A stretch of DNA of 64,000 bases from an uncultured Ignavibacteriaceae bacterium (GTDB lineage Bacteria; Bacteroidota; Ignavibacteria; Ignavibacteriales; Ignavibacteriaceae). The translations under genes were made by a program, and so were the position numbers. The stretch lies in assembly GCA_963790385.1 (NCBI GenBank), contig CAWBOG010000004.1, positions 11,945 through 75,944 on the forward strand. The letters are read 5' to 3'. This document shows, piece by piece, positions 60,945 to 64,000 of the stretch (the stretch's first letter is position 1; every line of letters begins with the position of its first letter). The notes under the pieces were generated by a model that saw only the letters and a list, made by a program, of their open reading frames with translations, did no database searches and was not told where the DNA came from.

Positions 60945-63641
60945 ATGATTCAAAAAGTTCGTAGTAAAGTTGCCTCAAGAATTTCAAAAATTAAAGAGGT
61001 AGAAGATTTTAACTTTTCTAACTGGCTAAAAAAACCGGCTCAACACGACCATCCCCTGGAAGAATTAACCTCTCACGTAAGTAATCTGGAAGTCCAGATT
61101 GAATTCATACCTGCGGAATTTTTTAAATATAAAATCGGTATGATAGAACCGGATGTTACCGATGAATTAAAGAATTGTGAGTTTCCAAAAGTCAGAAGCA
61201 ATGCTATATTTTTTATGATTGCTCTTCCTGAAGAAAAAGGTGTCGTTTATTCGGAAGTTGAGCTTAAACCTAAAAGCTTTTCCAGCAAAAAAGTCAAGTT
61301 TCTACTTAATAATCCTGCTATTAAAAAAGGCAAAGTTCAGTTCGATATTAAACCACCACAAAATTATGAGTGCCAAATTGAACTACCGACAACTGTAAAT
61401 TATCTCAGTAATTTAATTCCTGAAATTTTCAAAATCGATTTGCTTGATTTTGAAGATCTGGTTTCTTCAGCTAAAAAAGTAAAAGTTCAGAATATAGGAC
61501 TGGAAAAATTTAAAAAAGCTAAAGTTGAAAAGCATAGTTTACCGGTTTTACCTGAACCAAAGAAAATTTTTCGAATTAAAATTCCCTCAATTGGTGTCTT
61601 TAAACTCACGGAACAAAAAATATCACTGTCACCTTTTACTCAACCATCAGTTTCCGAAGCTTCTGCATTCCAACTTTCAAAAGTTAAATCCTGGTATGCT
61701 AATTTTAACATCACAAAACCAGATACCACTTTATTTTACAGGTCGACATCAACAAAACGTGTCTCTAAAACTGATCAAAAATCTGAAGAACCAAATGTCC
61801 CTTCGAACATTCAAGAGCAATTGGGATTTATACTTAGCAACATCAGAAAAGTTGATTGGGAAAAATCAGGTAAATATACAACCAAGCTGAAATCGTTCGA
61901 AGAAGCGAGTGCAAAATTTTTAATTGAAAATGATTTTGCATTGTTGCAAGATGAATTCGGGATAGACATTCAAAAGGAAGCAATAGCAGCTTTAAAGTTA
62001 TTGTTTACTAACAGGGTCGTCAAATCTGCATTGATAATAACTGATGATACGAGTATCGGAAATCCAAAGTTTGCAAAACATTTAAACATAGAAATTGGAT
62101 GGAGCGATAAGATTAAGAAGTATTGTCCTGAGCTTTCACTGCAATTCATTGGAGGGAATAATGATGAAAGGGCGGACTTATGGATTAAATCGAAGTCAAT
62201 TATAATTGCGGATATCGATACGGCATTAAATGATTACCGATTAAAAATTCTTGAAGATAAAAGCTTGGAAAAATTTGATTGCATCATTCTTGATTCTGTT
62301 GATCAGCTTTTGTTGAGGAAAGAAACAAGAGAAGAACTACTATCTGCCATTCATCCAAAAATTCTATGGGCGACTACTTCTGTCCTGGATAAAAATCTTT
62401 ACCAGGAATTAAATACCCTTCTTAATTCTTCCGTTAAAATTGAAAAGGTTAAAGCGAGAAGCAAACAGTCGATGTCGGAAATATTACCTAAATTTTTATT
62501 GAATGAATTTTGGTGTGATGCTGATGAGAAGCAAGTGGGAGAATTTAAAACTGCACTTGTTGAATCTAAGAAGGATTTGAGAAGAGTTCTGGAGTCAGGC
62601 AATCCTTTAAGATTCTATGCGAATATTTTTACACTCTATCATAAGCTAAATCAAATTGCAAACTTCGCGTCGGGAAAATCTAAAAGCCCGAAGTCTGATT
62701 TACTATTTCATCATTTAGGTTTGATAAAAGAAAATGGCAAAAAAGTTCTTATCCTATCACAGTATGAAAAGCTTGGCATAAAGAAAATAAGTGAAATACT
62801 TACCAACGAAGGGATAAAGCACATAATTGCTCCGAATGCACTTTCTGTTGAAGATATGCAGAAAGCAATTTCAATGTTTCAATCGCAATCAGATATTGTG
62901 GCATTTGTTTCCGATGCAAAAATATCCAGATTAAAATTTTCTAACTTCGTTGTACCTTATTTAATAAAATTTGATCAATGGTGGAATCCGATATCCAATT
63001 GGGAATTAGAAGATCTTTTTGTAAAAGACGGTGATGAATCTTTAAAAGAAATTGTAAACATCTGTAATTATTATTCGAGTGAATCTTTGGATCAGAGAAT
63101 AAGAGAACTTCTGCTCGAAACCGATTTACTGAATAAAAATATTTTTGAGTTAATGCAGCCGAAGATATACGAAGAATTAATTCTGGTTGATGAATGGCTG
63201 CGCATATTTGGAATGCCCGTCAGCACTGAATCTAAAAATGAACAATCACCTGAGTCTGTTCAAACAGTTCTGAAAAAAATTACTATCGATGCGTTCAGAA
63301 AAATTCTTTCCAAGCTATTTACAATACTCGGATATTCTGAAGTCGATATTTTTGAACTACCAAACTCAAACTCTTTTAATATGGTTGGTAAATCTCAGAG
63401 AAATAACAGAGCTTTTTATCTTAATGCCCGTGTTTTTGTCGAAAGCAAAATAGATAAAAAAACTATTGAAAATATTCTATCAGAAACTTCTAAATCTAAC
63501 CAAGATAAAATATTCATTATAACAAGAGAAAGTTTCCCGGAAATAAGTACTGACAAGCTACGTGAAAATGTAACAATGTTAGATGGTCTTGCACTTTCCA
63601 AATTGCTCATCAGAGTAGGCATATTACCGACAGCTCCTTAG
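60945..63641 (+). CDS. 898-aa SNF2-like helicase-fold / Mrr-like endonuclease-fold fusion with substituted catalytic motifs
   Basis: Lys-rich N-terminal ~330 aa of unknown fold. The SNF2 N-lobe scaffold is present (LLQDEFGIDIQKEAIAAL in place of ADEMGLGKTIQAIA, FDCIILDSVDQLL in place of DEAH). C-lobe KVLILSQYEKLG...KFDQWWNP, then ELEDLFVKDGD instead of QAxDRxxRIGQ. C-terminal Mrr_cat-like FRKILSKLFTILGYSEV...NSFNM...LNARVF...IFIITRESF...MLDGLALSKLL. Confidence 0.65.
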   Translation: MIQKVRSKVASRISKIKEVEDFNFSNWLKKPAQHDHPLEELTSHVSNLEVQIEFIPAEFFKYKIGMIEPDVTDELKNCEFPKVRSNAIFFMIALPEEKGVVYSEVELKPKSFSSKKVKFLLNNPAIKKGKVQFDIKPPQNYECQIELPTTVNYLSNLIPEIFKIDLLDFEDLVSSAKKVKVQNIGLEKFKKAKVEKHSLPVLPEPKKIFRIKIPSIGVFKLTEQKISLSPFTQPSVSEASAFQLSKVKSWYANFNITKPDTTLFYRSTSTKRVSKTDQKSEEPNVPSNIQEQLGFILSNIRKVDWEKSGKYTTKLKSFEEASAKFLIENDFALLQDEFGIDIQKEAIAALKLLFTNRVVKSALIITDDTSIGNPKFAKHLNIEIGWSDKIKKYCPELSLQFIGGNNDERADLWIKSKSIIIADIDTALNDYRLKILEDKSLEKFDCIILDSVDQLLLRKETREELLSAIHPKILWATTSVLDKNLYQELNTLLNSSVKIEKVKARSKQSMSEILPKFLLNEFWCDADEKQVGEFKTALVESKKDLRRVLESGNPLRFYANIFTLYHKLNQIANFASGKSKSPKSDLLFHHLGLIKENGKKVLILSQYEKLGIKKISEILTNEGIKHIIAPNALSVEDMQKAISMFQSQSDIVAFVSDAKISRLKFSNFVVPYLIKFDQWWNPISNWELEDLFVKDGDESLKEIVNICNYYSSESLDQRIRELLLETDLLNKNIFELMQPKIYEELILVDEWLRIFGMPVSTESKNEQSPESVQTVLKKITIDAFRKILSKLFTILGYSEVDIFELPNSNSFNMVGKSQRNNRAFYLNARVFVESKIDKKTIENILSETSKSNQDKIFIITRESFPEISTDKLRENVTMLDGLALSKLLIRVGILPTAP

Positions 63642-63682
63642 CATGAATTTATCTGAGTATAAATTCTTCTCTCTTAGTAAAA

Positions 63683-64000
63683 TTAAAATTGCTCATCATA
63701 CTTCGTCCACAAAAACTCGCTTAATCCCCATGCTTGCTCAACAATTTCTGCTTGTAATTCCAAACAATAGTTTGTTAATATTTCCTTAGCTCTTTCTCTA
63801 TCAAGACTCCAGAACTCAAGAGCTTCAGCTTCAATTGCTTTTTGATTTGCAAATAGTTGTGCTTGCCATGGATCCCAAACCGCTCTAACATCGTATCTCA
63901 TATCTCCCCATCGTTGAGCTGCTAAAGTTCCAAGTTGATTAAAGGCCCACCACGCAGAGTTTCTTGAAAATCCCGTCACTCTTCCATCGGTAGAAGAAGT
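63683..64000 (-). CDS. C69-family dipeptidase-like protein, C-terminal part only (gene runs off the right edge)
   Basis: Open on the minus strand from the window edge (..TSSTDGRVTGFSRNSAWWAFNQLG..RWGDMRYDV...) to the stop at 63683. The family call rests on the by-eye WWAFN / RY..M..D pattern. Confidence 0.45.
   Translation of the reverse strand, partial: TSSTDGRVTGFSRNSAWWAFNQLGTLAAQRWGDMRYDVRAVWDPWQAQLFANQKAIEAEALEFWSLDRERAKEILTNYCLELQAEIVEQAWGLSEFLWTKYDEQF

Noticed and set aside
1-64000. Search for tRNA, rRNA, tmRNA, riboswitch leaders, transposases, integrases, phage genes and toxin-antitoxin pairs
   Set aside because: No intergenic segment showed cloverleaf-like or rRNA-like sequence, and no ORF showed DDE transposase, tyrosine/serine recombinase, capsid/terminase or classic TA motifs. 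The window therefore looks chromosomal rather than a mobile island. This is a by-eye negative and not a substitute for tRNAscan or Infernal.

Overview
This is an AT-rich chromosomal window (roughly one-third GC by eye) that looks like an FCB-group, probably Ignavibacteria-like, genome. Nine ORFs end in the type-A T9SS sorting domain (..NYPNPFNPST..). Two ~1400-aa hybrid two-component regulators (beta-propeller/Y_Y_Y sensor, HK, REC, AraC HTH) each flank a cluster of these secreted cargo genes, at 4.6-14.1 kb and at 36.6-46.8 kb. No SusC/SusD-like genes are present. Between the clusters lie housekeeping blocks: two sodium:solute symporter operons with tiny membrane-protein partners and a TetR regulator (14.8-22.7 kb); kdsA-kdsD-lptC-lptA-like-lptB (22.9-27.4 kb); an AmgK-like kinase fused to a RapZ C-terminal domain, followed by a MurU-like nucleotidyltransferase; and assorted envelope and stress genes. 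The right side carries an M28 peptidase, a TolB-like protein, an MBL hydrolase, fur-feoAB and a PAS-GAF histidine kinase. The most intriguing locus is a tightly linked two-gene module (60406-63641). It encodes a 177-aa protein with no recognisable family and an 898-aa SNF2-like/Mrr-like fusion whose ATPase and nuclease catalytic motifs all appear substituted. A REP-like hairpin repeat family occupies several intergenic regions, and one copy appears inserted in frame inside the second sensor kinase. I recognised no rRNA, tRNA, CRISPR array, transposase or integrase. At least 12 genes are interrupted by frame breaks, which are single-base indels wherever I could resolve them. So either the assembly is indel-error-prone or the lineage carries many pseudogenes; every disrupted call is flagged. 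All domain calls rest on by-eye motif recognition, not database searches.
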